From positions 6,448,001 to 6,512,000 of the forward strand of contig JAWMAR010000025.1 in the NCBI GenBank assembly GCA_036785375.1: 64,000 nt of DNA, read 5' to 3'. Each line of letters opens with the position of its first letter. The first letter of the stretch is position 1. A model generated the notes under the pieces. That model searched no databases, was not told where the DNA came from, and saw only the letters and a program-made list of their open reading frames with translations. The translations under genes and the position numbers were made by a program. Positions 1 to 12,147 of this stretch are shown piece after piece. Source of the stretch: Leucoraja ocellata. Lineage: Eukaryota.

Positions 1-480
1 AAAGTACCAGGGGAGGGGGTGGTTTGGGTGGGAACGGACAAATTGACCAGAGAGTTACGGAGGGAGCGGTCTCTGCGGAAAGCCGAAAGGGGAAGAGACT
101 TGAAGATGTGGCCAGTGGTGGGATCCCGTTGGAGGTGGCGAAAATGTCGGAGGATTATCTGTTGTATGTGGCGGCTGGTAGGATGGAAGGTGAGGACTAG
201 GGGACTCTGCCCTTGTTACGAGTGGGGGGAGATGGGAAGTGAGAGCAGAGCTATGGGATATAGCAGAGACCCTGGTGAGAACCTCATCTATAGTCGCGAG
301 GAGAACCTTCATTCCATAAAGAATGAGGACAGGACATCTCTGATACCCTGGTTTGGAACACCTCATCCTGGGCGCAGATGCGGCGTAGACGGAGGAATTG
401 TGAGTATGGGGTAAATTCCTTACAGGAAGCAGGGTGGGAAGAAGTGTAGTCCAGATAGCCATGGGAGTCAGTGGGTTTGT
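1..480 (-). mobile_element. Penelope-like retroelement fragment
   Basis: Similar to the Penelope copy at 3040-3300 (ggagcggtct..cggaa, aaggtgaggactagggggactc); minus-strand translation is degenerate PLE ORF-like; followed by the short PLE terminal repeat at about 490-522. Confidence 0.65.
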
Positions 481-2389
481 AGTACTTTAGATTTTTCCAG
501 CATCTGCAGTTCTTTCTTAAACTTTACCCTTAACTAATGTCACACAACTTACAAAAACACTAATTACAATGATGTGGCGGCTCCAAACTTTACATCCAAA
601 CTTTTTCTAATTTGTGAAACTTGAGGAAATTTTACATTTCCAAATATCGAACTTGCAAATGACAGCAAGATAAACATACACAGCAACACATCATGGAGCC
701 ATTTACAGTGCCCTACATAATGCCGCCACAGGTTTCTTTAGAGATAGGTGTGTGATATTTTGGCCAGGCACAATTAAAATCCATTAAAAACCATTATCAG
801 CCATGATCATATTAAATCGCGATGCTGGCTCGAAGGGCCGAATGGCCTACTCCTGCACCTATTTTCTACATTTCTTTGTTATCCAGCTCTTTCTGCACAA
901 GATGTCTGGAGAAAGGACTTGGATGCCTTAGATTGGAATGTATTTCCTCCAAATGTAATGTAAAGTGAAATGTAAGACCTCTAAAGCACTCTAAAGGGCC
1001 CTGAAGCTTAATTAACTTAATTCAAAACTTATGATTTATATGTTGTGGAACTGGGGGGCCTTTACTCACTTTGATGCTAAATTTGTTTTATTACTTACTC
1101 TTCTGAGATTTGTACTCTTTGACAAAGATGCAGTTACTTCCCAGTTCATGGCGCCAACAGATACAACAAGGTGCAAGTACAACATGAAACAATCTTTCAA
1201 GCCCTCGGGGCCACCACTTAAAACTGAGATTTTTACTCAAGTGCGTGTAACCCAAGGACATAGGGAGGCCTCCACAACAGGATAAGACACAGAAATGATT
1301 CCCATTGGCAGTCAGCACGCAACAGACAATATCATCTGCCAGCAAGACTGACACCAAGGGAAAATAGCTGTGATGTCACAACTACCGTTAAAAGAAAAAA
1401 AAAGGATCAAAGTACCGCACCACCTCTCGAGCCCCGCATATGTTCACAACACAATAATGCAGGAGCACAATCACTTAGTGTGATGCATAGAGACAGGAAA
1501 CATTTACAAAACAAAAACAGTAGACCTCATCAATCGAGTCTGCAGACATCATAAAGCCAGATAGTGATGTGGAGTCAGTTTAAACAGCCTTCAACAAATG
1601 CCTTTATTTTTACTTGCAGTTAGCAGAGGCGTCATGGAAGTTTCTCAGTATCAACTTCTTTGGCACCCTTTTCTCGGTGGAATGATCCCTGCCATCTAAG
1701 GAACTGATGCACAATTGATTGTCTAGTGCAATGTAAAAGTGTCCAAGGAGCTATTAAATTATATTAATTGTCAATTAACCATGAGAAATTGCAAGCAGTT
1801 TACTGTCCTCACATTCTGTTATCCAGCAAACAAATGCAATTGTACCAGCAGCTGTCAGTGAAATTTTTGCCAATTTTTATAGTTAAGTACAGCCCAGCCA
1901 ACTTTGAAAAGCAGTAGATCAAACCTAGAAAAGAGAAGCGAAATACACAACCGACAGACCACTGACAAAGAACAGTCAGGGCCAGTTAATTCACCACTAC
2001 TGCTACTCTGGGCCAGAAGTACCGGTATCAGAAAGATTTGAGGGCAAGGATGTCTGTTTCTTTCAAAGCAAAATGACCCATTCTCCAAGTTTGACAAATT
2101 TGCAAGAAACCAACTCCCTCCTCAAATTGCACCTTAAAACCTGTATTTTGTTGATAGCGGAGGGTTGCCTACAATACAATAAGTTGATGATACAAGCACT
2201 GAATATAATTGGAGTTTAAGTAAGAATGTAAGAACAAATAGACAGCTTATAACTTCTCCAGCCTGTCCTAATGCTTCATTAGGATCAAGGTTGACCCTTT
2301 GGCTCAGGATCACCTTCAAAAAGAGATTTCAGTTTGCTTTGGTATCTGGTATCTTATGCAAATGTACAGTCCAAGAGGCTCAGTATAAC

Positions 2390-3312
2390 GTGTTTAAGAG
2401 GGAACTGCAGATGCTGGAGAATCGAAGGTTACACAGAAAAGCTGGAGAAACTCAGCGGGTGCAGCAGCATCTATGGAGCGAAGGAAGTAGGCAACGTTTC
2501 GGGCCGAAACCCTTCTTCAGACTGATCGGGGGTGGGGGTGGGTGGGGACAAGAAAGGGAAAAGGAGGAGTAGCCAGAAGGCTGGAGGGTGGGAGGAGACA
2601 GCAGGGGAGCTGAGGAAGGGGAGGAGACAGCAAGGACTAACAGAATTGGGAGAATTCGATGTTCATGCCCCGGGGGTGTAGACTCCCCAAACGGAATACG
2701 AGGTGCTGTTCCTCCAATTTCCGGTGCTGCTCGCTGTGGCCATGGAGGAGACCCAGGACAGAGAGGTCGGAGGCGGAGTGGGAGGGGGAGTTGAAGTGCT
2801 GAGCCACCGGGAGGTCAGCTTGGTTATTGCGGACCGAGCGGAGGTGTTCGGCGAAACGATCGCCCAACCTCCGCTTGGTCTCACCGATATAGATCTGCTG
2901 GCATCTAGAGCAGCGGACGCAATAGATGAGGTTGGAAGAGATGCAGGTAAACCTCTGTCGCACCTGGAACGACTGCTTGGGTCCTTGAACGGAGTCGAGG
3001 GGGGAGGCAAAGGGACAAGTGTTGCATCTCCTGCGGCCGCAAGGGAAAGTGCCCGGGGAGGGGGTGGACCGAGAGGGAAGGGAAGAATTGACAAGGGAGT
3101 TATGGAGGGAGCGGTCTTTGCGGAAGGCAGATATGGGGGGAGATGGGAAGATGTGGCGAGTAGTGGGGTCACGTGGGAGGTGGCGAAACTGACGGAGGAT
3201 TATTTTTTGTATGTGACGGCTGGTGGGGTGAAAGGTGAGGACTAGGGGGACTCGGCCCTTGTTGCGAGTGCGGGGATGGGGAGAGAGAGCAGTGTTGCGG
3301 GGTATGGAAGAG
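2390..3312 (-). mobile_element. Penelope-like element 3' part: GIY-YIG endonuclease plus terminal repeat with hammerhead motif
   Basis: ORF 2637-2963 FTCISSNLIYCVRCSRCQQIYIGETKRRLGDRFAEH...VAQHFN...GMN is a PLE GIY-YIG domain; downstream repeat contains CTGAAGAagggtttcggcccGAAAcgtt. Confidence 0.9.
2492..2520 (-). ncRNA. Minimal type I hammerhead ribozyme motif (Penelope-type)
   Basis: Minus strand agtCTGAAGAaGGGtttcggCCCGAAACGTTgcc: CUGANGA box, stem II, GAAA, palindromic ACGU stem III, GUU triplet. Confidence 0.75.
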
Positions 3313-4819
3313 ACCGAGCAATGATTCAGAGCTAGATTCTACCTTACTTTGAACTTCCTAGTCTGTCATGTTTACAAACTTTCACACATTTACAACTGAA
3401 AAAAACTGTTTAGATTCCTGACCTATTCTTTAGTTGATTGCCATATAGTCGCTAAAAGGATAAATCCATTTAACCAAACCTTAGAAGCCAAGGTGCATGC
3501 CATCAAGAATCAAGATCCAATAAACATCAGAGACATACAGGGAACTACTGAAGGGCTACTAACCAAACGTCAGCTAACCCAGTAACTTCCCTGACCCTTG
3601 ATTACTCAGAGGCGCACGTCTATTGAAACATTGCCGTTTATATATCAGATAAGGATATCGCTGGCATATAACTATCACTAAACGGAGAAGGCAGTTAAAA
3701 ATTAGCCAGACTAGGCGAGGATTGTAGAGTGACAAGAAACGTTGGCGTAACAAAGCGAGGCAGGCAGCATCTCCGGAGAGTAGAAATGGGCGACATTTCA
3801 GGTCGAGAAGGGTCTCGGCCCAAAACGTCACCCATACCTTCTCTCAAGATGCTGCCTGCCCCGTTGAGTTACTCCAGTATTTTGTGGCTATCCTCATTTT
3901 AAACTAGTATTCACAGTTCCTTCCTGCACAAGGATTGTAGACTTCCTCCCCTTAACTTTAATAAACCAAATTGTTTTTTTAGAACAATCTAATTGCTTGT
4001 TGATCATCATAATAGATTTTTACTAAATATATTCAGATCTAGTTATAGTAAGATTATTTTTTCCAAATTTAATTACTTGAACTTACAAGTCAGGGTTCAA
4101 AACCATGTCTTTCAGCAATAGTCCTGTTCTTTATTAACTATCCTGGTAACGGTACCTCTCCACACCAGTGTTCTCAAACCATGAATGGAAAATAAATCCC
4201 ATTTCCCAGAACCTGGTTCCAACATCCCATTAATCCATGAGCTGCCAAACATGCCATTCAAACCTCATGCTGGCTGTCTACTTACATTGATCTATGTGGT
4301 TCTGGTATAAAGCAGAACTGCTCCTGCAGATAGGATAGTTTGGCTCTGAATGTGTAACACCAGGCCTCTAACAACAAGCCACAAAAAGTCATACTTAACA
4401 CAACTTAATTCAAGAATCCAAGCTCTTACCAAGCAAGATGGAGACACGAGGAACTGCAGTTGCGGGTTTCCAAAAAAAGACAAGTTCAGGGTTAACTGAG
4501 CAAGTCACGCAGCATCTCTGAAGACCATGGATAAGTGGCTTTTTGCCTCTGAAGACCCCTGACCTCAAAATTCACCAATCCATGTTCTCTAGAGATGCTG
4601 TCTGACAAGCACTTTGTGTCCTTGTTTCTCCAGCAAGCACTGACAACACTGGTAGATTATCAATTGGCATACATTTGATAATCAAGCACAACAAAGAAAG
4701 GAAATAAATGATGAATATTTTACAGGTTACAGTGCGACTACAATAATTAAAATATATTAACAAAATATAATTATGGCATTTTACAATTAGTAATTGACAG
4801 GCTGAATAAATATACTCAC

Positions 4820-4907
4820 TCTTTATCTTTTTACTTTCTTCAGCTCGCTTTTTCTCAACATCATCTTTTGATAATGAAGACCTCTTCACTGTTTTTTTTC
4901 CTGCCAT
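4820..4907 (-). CDS. RCC1: RCC1 (regulator of chromosome condensation 1) first coding exon
   Basis: acaATGG Kozak; MAGKKTVKRSSLSKDDVEKKRAEESKKIK basic bipartite NLS-like tail ending KKIK (human KKVK); phase-1 GTGAGT donor at 4819; synteny PHACTR4-U17 host-RCC1. RCC1 repeats not found in the window. Confidence 0.8.
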
Positions 4908-5500
4908 TGTATTCTGAAATTCCTGATAAGCAATATTAAGCAGTTTAAGTGAATAAATAGAGACAATAATACATATGCATGACTTGATAGCATAAGACTT
5001 ATCTGCATCAGTATCAGAGATTCTTCAGTTTAAAATATCCCATCTTGCCTGAAGGGTTCCAACCCCAAACATCACCTATCCATTCCCTCCACAGATGCTG
5101 CCTAACCCGCTGAATTTCTCCAGCATTTTATACTTTGCTCCCATCTTTAGAAACCCTTTGTGAAATAAACCATTTATTTATGAGTAGAAACAATGAACTG
5201 CAGTCTGGTTTATAAAAAATAGAATTTTCTGAAGAAGGTTCCTGACCCGAAACATCACCTATCTGTGCTCTCCAGGGATGCTGTCTGACCCACTGAGTTA
5301 CTCCAACACTTTGTGTCATCTATTTATGATAACTGTTGCTTTTATTGCGAACGCTGAATAGGTCCAGATTCGAACGCTGAATAGGTCCATATTAATGACA
5401 GATTCATTCTAAGCTGACTTCTTGATTCAAATATGCTATTGCACTAAATCATTAGAACAATTTCTCATTAAGACACTGACTGCAAACACAGCAGGCTATA

Positions 5501-6386
5501 GGGGGTTGCACGAAAGGTCACTGGGTCAGAGGGCTCGACGCACGGAGCCGCTAAATCCATCTGGAGGACATCCGTCACTTCCAGTATATGTTATTAATGC
5601 TAAAAACATGTACTTACCAACCTGTTAAAAACCGCCAAAATGTTGAATTTTTGTGCTGAAAAAAATTGTGGTAGTCGGGGTAAGTGTGAGAGACATGTAC
5701 CCAACTTTAGAATTCCAAAAGTGAAGTGAAATTAAGGTATAGAGAAGCAAGAACTGAAGGGACAACAGCAGCTAAAGTGCTTGATAAACATTGGCTGTGC
5801 AGATATCGGAATTGAAAATACTGGGGATTATCGCGTTAGTTCACTGCATTTCATCAAGTAAGGCATTATTTGTGTTTTTTCTTGATTCCTTTGGTATCTA
5901 AAAAATCTCAGAAATGATAAATCTGGCTGTAAATATTTCTTCAGATGCGTTTTCATTTTGTATGTAAAAACCCACGGGAACTATGGGCGATTTAAAAAAA
6001 ATTACAGCCAGATTTATCACTTCTGAAACTTTTTAGATGCCAAAGGAATCAAGAAAAAACACCTTAGTTGATGAAATGCAGTGAGCAAACGGCCAATGTT
6101 CGCTAAGCACTCTGTCTGTTGTTGTCCCTTAACGCTTTCGCTTCTATCTGCCGTCATTTCTCCTCACTTTCGGAATTCTGAAGTAGGCTAAATGTCTCAC
6201 ACGCTTATCCCGATTTCCATAATTATTTACAGCGCAAAAATTGACAATTTCAGCGGGTTTTAACGGGCCCGCTACGCTGGAAACAATGGTAAGTGCCTAC
6301 CTGCAGTACATCGCGTGTAATCCATTTGGAGTAGCGTAGCAACAGTACGGGTCATGGGTCGTGACCCGACTGCCGTGAAACCTCCC
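5501..6386. mobile_element. Fold-back MITE / non-autonomous DNA transposon
   Basis: Termini GGGGGTTGCACG...CGTGAAACCTCCC flanked by TA on both sides; halves are long imperfect inverted repeats, best between about 5840-5932 and 6000-6085. Confidence 0.75.
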
Positions 6387-6999
6387 TAAATTTTAAAACA
6401 CGTCTAGACTTTAGTAACATTAGGCTGACTTTTGGCCATCGTGCCAATGCAGCTCTTTCATAACAATTCATTCCCTCAATTCTCTTTTCCCCATAATCTC
6501 GATTTATTTACTTCCCCTCAAGATTACTTTCAAATCCATTTTCAAAGCGAAAGAACACAATTCCAATGAATTGAAAAACACATCGTTTCCTCGGCAAAGA
6601 TTAAAAACAATAAACCAACTGGCCACAATTTTCAATTACGTCCCTTATCAATTTTGCCACAAACACTCGATATCCAAATGACACTCCACCGGAGGGAAAC
6701 TAAAGTTCTAAGAAAGCTCAAATGTTTGCTGTCATCTCCACGCACTCGCCCACACTGCGTAACTCTGATTCTTATATGAAAACTACTTCTAAAATGTGGA
6801 GATCGCTGACAATTAGGCTAGACCGTCACAAATACTGCGCTCCAAGGCACAGACACAGGAAGGAGAGGGGACCGAGCCTGCCAGTGAGGAGGAAGGAAGG
6901 GACAGAGACCGGGGCTTGAAGCTCAGGCCCACCTCTTTTAAACTTCCCGCCTGCCACAAATGCGGCCGCCTGTTCGAGCAAAGAAAAACTTCCATAACA

Positions 7000-7580
7000 G
7001 GCGAGCGATGAGCTGCCCGGGGCGAGGGAGGAGGGAGACATGCGGAAGGGAGATGCATATGGGGAAGGGGAAGGCACGGGAGTGAGTGAAGGGCACATGA
7101 AGGGTGTGGGGGAGTAGAGGGACACATGGGGTGGGTGGGGGAGAGTGACACATGAGGGGGGGGGAAGAGAGGGACACATGAGGGGGGGGAGAGGGACACA
7201 TGAGGGGGGGAGGGGGGAGGGACACATGGGGGGGGGGGGGGGAGGGGGGAGGGTAGGTCAGGCGCGACGAGAGAGGGAGGGAGGGAGACACCGGGAGAGT
7301 GGGACACGCGGGAGGGAAGGAGAGAGGGAGACATGGGGGAAGGAAGGGAGATGAGAGAAGGGGGACACAGATTATGGAAGGGGAGAAGGTGACGGGTGAA
7401 GGAAGGGAATGGGGAGGTGGGACAGCGGGAGCGTGCAGGCTCTGGGCCGGTAGAGGGAGGGGAGGGATGGGGTGGAGGACGAGGCCGCAGCGAGCGGGAG
7501 GTCAACAGCTGCTTCTGCCGCCCGGGCTCTAATCCAGTCCGGGCCCTGACGGGGAGAGATGGGGATGGGGGGGGGGACAC
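7000..7580 (+). repeat. G-rich low-complexity tract with repeated gggacacatg-G(n) units
   Basis: Several gggacacatgaggggg units and long G runs directly visible. Confidence 0.8.
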
Positions 7581-8080
7581 CCCCGGCAGCAGCGACGGGA
7601 GGTTATATTTACCCGCTCTCTCGTCTCGTCTTCACTTCACTTCTCTCAACGATCCGCCCGCTCGCCGCAGACCGGTCTCTTTCTGCCTGCCAATCGCGCA
7701 CGCGCACACCACACGGACCCTGACCGACCCGCTGCGCGTGCGCACAGTGAGGGTGGAGGCGCGAGGACGCGCACACGATGACGGTCCCGCCGCGCGTGCG
7801 CACTGCGGTGGAGTGGATGGGGTCGAGAACGCGCAATTGCTGCTGTTGCTGCTGCTGCTGCCGCGCGTGCGCACTGCGAGGAAGGGGCGAGAACGCGCGC
7901 ACTGCTTCTGGCCGCCTACTTGCGCGTGCGCACTGCGGGTGTGTGTAGAATGAAAGAACGAGCGAGCGCACGCCCCCCCCCCCCTGGTCCGACCCGCCGC
8001 GCGTGCGCACCGCCGGGAGATGGAAGAGAGCGCACCCTTTGGAATGGACCAGCGGACGCGGCAGAAACTAGCTCCGACGA
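7400..8080 (-). promoter_or_regulatory. CpG-island promoter of RCC1 with clustered NRF1-like motifs
   Basis: CpG-dense; YGCGCGTGCGCA at 7733, 7791, 7862, 7921, 7998 and CGCGCACGCGCA at 7695; CCAAT at 7690. Confidence 0.75.
7613..7690 (-). other. RCC1: RCC1 putative non-coding exon 1
   Basis: Donor gagcgg|GTAAAT at 7612 inside the CpG island; 5' end approximate. Confidence 0.55.
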
Positions 8081-8344
8081 TCGACACAAAATGCTGGAGT
8101 AACTCAGCGGGATAGGAAACATCTCTGGAGAGAAGGAATTGATGACTTTCGGGTCGAGACGCAGTCGGGGAGGGAGAGACTAGAGATACGGAAGGGTAAC
8201 GTATGAAAACGACAGATCAAAGTGGAAGGTACACAAAAATGCTGGAGAAACTCAGCGGGTGCAGCAGCATCTATGGAGCGAAGGGAATAGGCAACGTTTC
8301 GGGCCGAAACCCTTCTTCAAAGTGGACGCTGTAAGTGTAGTGGT

Positions 8345-9225
8345 TCATTGTACACAGATGACACAAAGCTGGGTGGCAGTGTGAACTGCGAGGATGCTTT
8401 GAGAATGCAGGGTGACTTGGACAGGTTGGGAGAGTGGGCAGATGAAGTTTAATGCGGATAAATGAGAGGTTATCCACTTTGGTAGCAAAAACGAAGGCAG
8501 ATTACTATCTAAATGGCGTCAAGTTGGGAAAAGGGGAAGTACAACAGGATCTGGGGGTCCTTGTACATCAGTCTATAAAAGTAAGCATGCAGGTACGGCA
8601 GGCAGTGAAGAAAGCGAATGGCATGTTGGCCTTTATAACAAGATGAATCAAATATAGGAGCAAAGAGGTCCTTCTGCAGTTGTACAGAGCCCTAGTGGGA
8701 CCACACCTGGAGAATTGTGTGCAGTTTTGGTCCACTAATTTGAGGAAGGACATTCTTGCTATTGAGGGAGTGCAGAGGTTTACAAGGTTAATTCCCGGGA
8801 TGGCGGGACCGTCATATGCTGAGAGAATGGAGCAGCTGGGCTTGTAGGATGAGAGGGGTTCTCATTGAAAAATATAAGATTGTCAAGGGCTTGGACACGC
8901 TAGAGGCAGGAAACATGTTCCCAATGTTGGGGGAGTCCAGAACCAGGGGCCACAGTTTAAGAATAAGGAGCAAGCCATTTAAAACAGACGAGGAAACACT
9001 TTTTGTCAGAGTGGCGAGTCTGTGGAATTCTCTGCCTTAATGGAGACATGTTATCTGGATGCTTTCAAGAGAGCTAGATAGGGCTCTTAAAAATAGCAGT
9101 CAGGGGCTATGGGGAGAAGGCAGGAATGGGGTATTGATTGGGGATGATCAGCCATGATCACATGGAATGGTGGTGCTGGCTCGAGGGGCCAAATGGCCTA
9201 CTCCTGCACCTATTGTCTATTGTCA
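8345..9225 (+). mobile_element. CR1/HER1-like LINE 3' fragment
   Basis: Degenerate ORF2 C-terminus (QQDLGVLVH, AVKKANGMLAFI, TRGHSLRI, LWNSLP) and CR1 3' UTR. Confidence 0.9.
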
Positions 9226-11129
9226 TTGTTAGCTGAGGTGATATCAGTAAAATTAATCTGAGAGCTAGGATGAGGGAAATCAATAAAAGTCAGCTCCGTT
9301 TTTATCTCGTCTCATCTTGCCCTTTCTTCATGGTTACCTACCACCAGGTGGCACCGTCAGTGATGGCACCCTCGCCAATGGTCTGTCTTTTTAGTGTTTT
9401 AAAAATGTTAACGTTCTCTGGTTTGTTTTACATGAGAGGTTGAAGAGGGCCACGGGAATTTTTATTTTCAATCTCTTGTCTTGCCAGAGATGCGATTGTT
9501 TTCCGGATCGTATCTCCGGTCGCTCTGTGGCCTAACATCATGGAGCTGGCTGCCTTGCTCGAGATGTGAGCCCCACCACGGGGCCATGGACTTGCCATCG
9601 CAGCCGATCCCTTGGCTGCGATTTCACCATCGAGGAGCTCGCAGTCTCGGGCAGAGATTGATGTCGGGAAGATCCCGTCGCAAAAGGTTCGACCAGCCTC
9701 GACCTTGGGTAAATCGCCCGGCAAAGCGCAGCTGACATCCTCCCAATCACCTGAGCTCGACCACACTGACAGCCTGCTGCAGGAGCCAAGATCCTCCCGA
9801 CAACTTATTAAAACTAAAATAGTGCAACTCCTTCAAATCAGATATGGTGGAGAAGGCGATTGATGTTATTTAGCCAATTCAGTAAATCCTCTTATCTCAG
9901 TCCTCTTCCACCCTCAATAAACATTTAAAAACTACTCAATCAGTCCAGGATTATGCAAAACCGTCTCTAAACAAATGAGCAATGCTCATCTCCATTTTGT
10001 GTTCACATTCCCTTGGGCCAATCTACACGAAAATTGAGATATAGCATTGCTGGGGAAAGTACCTGGGGAGGGGGTTGTTTAGGTAGGAAGGGATGAGTTA
10101 ACCAGGGAGTTGCAATGGGAACGGTCTGCAGAAGGCGTGGAGATGTGAAAATGTGGCTAGTGGTGGGATTCCGTTGAAGGTGATGGAAATTTCAGAGGAT
10201 TGGGTGTTGTGATTTAAGAGTAATGTGGAGTCAGGAGCAAACCCAAGAATGGCATCAAATTGAAGGCAAAAATATTGCTAAGATCAGAACCTATGACAGG
10301 ATACCAGAGAAACATGCCAAACTAAACTGCATATGACCCTTATACCATCAACCCCTGCATTTTGCAGTGCCTTGCAAAAATCGTCATAAATGGCACTAGC
10401 ATTTAACTTACTGCCACCTCCCCAGCAGCACATTCCAGGCACCTTTCACCACCCGCTGCAAAATATCTGTTCCACATCTCATTTAAACTTTGCTTTGGTA
10501 CATGTGACAATAACAAACTAAAGGCATTAGGAAAATGCTTGAATATAGTTAAGTAATTTTGAAAAAACAAGTACACTTTTAAAATAAGAAATGGGATTTA
10601 GCCATATTGAACGCTTACAAGATGCAGTAAGGAACCAATAGTTGCATTGTAATGAACTTGTGAAAATGGTGTGTGAAAATGCAACACGCTCGCTGCACAA
10701 GCATCAGATTGGCCTTTAATACAATGCACATGGGAGTATAAGATTTCTGATAATGACCCTTGGTCATCCAAGTTTGTAAAGCCAGTCCTGTCCCTTTAAG
10801 GCATTGTTAAGATGCATTTGCAAAATGATTTTATCTGCACTTTAACACAAACTTTTATTGAAGAAAAACAAGTACATATCAAATTAAAAATTTCAAAACA
10901 ATTGTGTCCCTCCTCTTGAAACCAAATGTTGGCAGTTCCAGGGGATAAAGGGCATTAAAACCCAATGGGATTCCATCTGTCGATCAAGTGAAACATCTGA
11001 AGGGTTTCGGTCCGAAACGTTGCCCATCCATAGATGCTGCCGCACCCGCGGAGTTTCTCCAGCATTTTTGTGTACCTTCGATTTTCCAGCATCTGCAGTT
11101 CCTTCTTGATCAGTCAGGATCCACCCTAG

Positions 11130-11860
11130 GTTTGAGTTTATGCAAGGTTTAGGCCATTGGGCTCTTTCATCTGTAGCGCTTCAAACCATCGCCTCTCTGC
11201 TCTCTTCCGTCTCCCTATTGTCCAATTTATGTTTGTTTCCAGGCCCATGATCTCTAGGGACTGGATCCCCATGTTGCTGGAAGTGTCTGCTAATGGGTAT
11301 GGATTGGTCCCCCCTTGTGATGTTGCTGAGGTGTCCTGTCAGTCTGACTCTGATGCTGTTACCTGTTTCGCCTATGTACAGTAAGTTGCACTCTTTACAA
11401 CTAATTGCACACACCACATTCTTTTGCTCACAGGTTATCCTCTGCGCTGTCTGGCCTCTTCCCTGTTACACTGTTCTCTATATTTTTTTTCTATTACTAA
11501 GTGGGTGCAGGCTCCACACCGTCTCTGCCCACAGTCTGGGGCTGTGTGTAGACTTGTACTGACCAGGATGTCCTTCAGATTTTTGTATGCTGACATTACC
11601 TTGTACCCCTTTAGTGTGGCAAATCCCCTTTGGAATTGTTCAAACCGGCCCTTGACTATTTTGTGAGCCTGGACAGCCATTTTGCCATATCTTGTTATTA
11701 GTGGCAAGTTCAATGTCGTCCCCAGCCTAGGTCTGGGCGCTTGTTTGCTTTTTAGAAAATCTGACTTAATGTGTCTTAATTTACGTTTGCAGTAACCCTC
11801 TGTCTGAGGGCGGTGAAAAGGGTGCTTGTGGCCTGGTTGAAATCCTCCTCCCTAGTACAT
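11130..11860 (-). mobile_element. Decayed Penelope-like element (GIY-YIG), distinct family
   Basis: ORF 11181-11417 CAISCKECNLLYIGETGNSIRVRLTGH...ISRHF; upstream AYKNLKDILV...CGACTH. Confidence 0.8.
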
Positions 11861-11989
11861 ATACGGTGGAACGTCTTGTTGGCCTTCTTGCTGGTGTACC
11901 AGGGAACCTGAAATAAACCAGAATCGTTGCAATTGGCAAATAAGCATAGTTCTTAACTATTATTAGAAATATCAAAATCTCTCCCAATA

Positions 11990-12140
11990 TACATTGGGAT
12001 GCAGAGGAAATCATAGAGCACCCAGAGAAAACCCACACGGTCAGAGAGAACATACAATCTCCGTACAGACAGCACCTGTAGTTGGTATCGAACCGGTTCT
12101 CTGGTGCTGTAAGACAGCAACTCTACCATTGCACCACTGG
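11990..12140 (-). mobile_element. tRNA-derived V-SINE (HE1-like) 5' fragment
   Basis: Minus strand box A/B (ggttcgatacc) and the gtgtgggttttctc V-domain start. Confidence 0.75.
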
Positions 12141-12147
12141 TTTAATA

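Noticed and set aside
700-2320. Second RCC1 coding exon (KKPVAA near 735, ALGQAGEV near 2260)
   Set aside because: No GQGDVGQLGLG motif or consistent splice sites; the exon probably lies outside the window.
6813-8122. Several overlapping 130-255 aa ORFs
   Set aside because: Stop-poor G-rich and CpG-island sequence with no recognisable domain.
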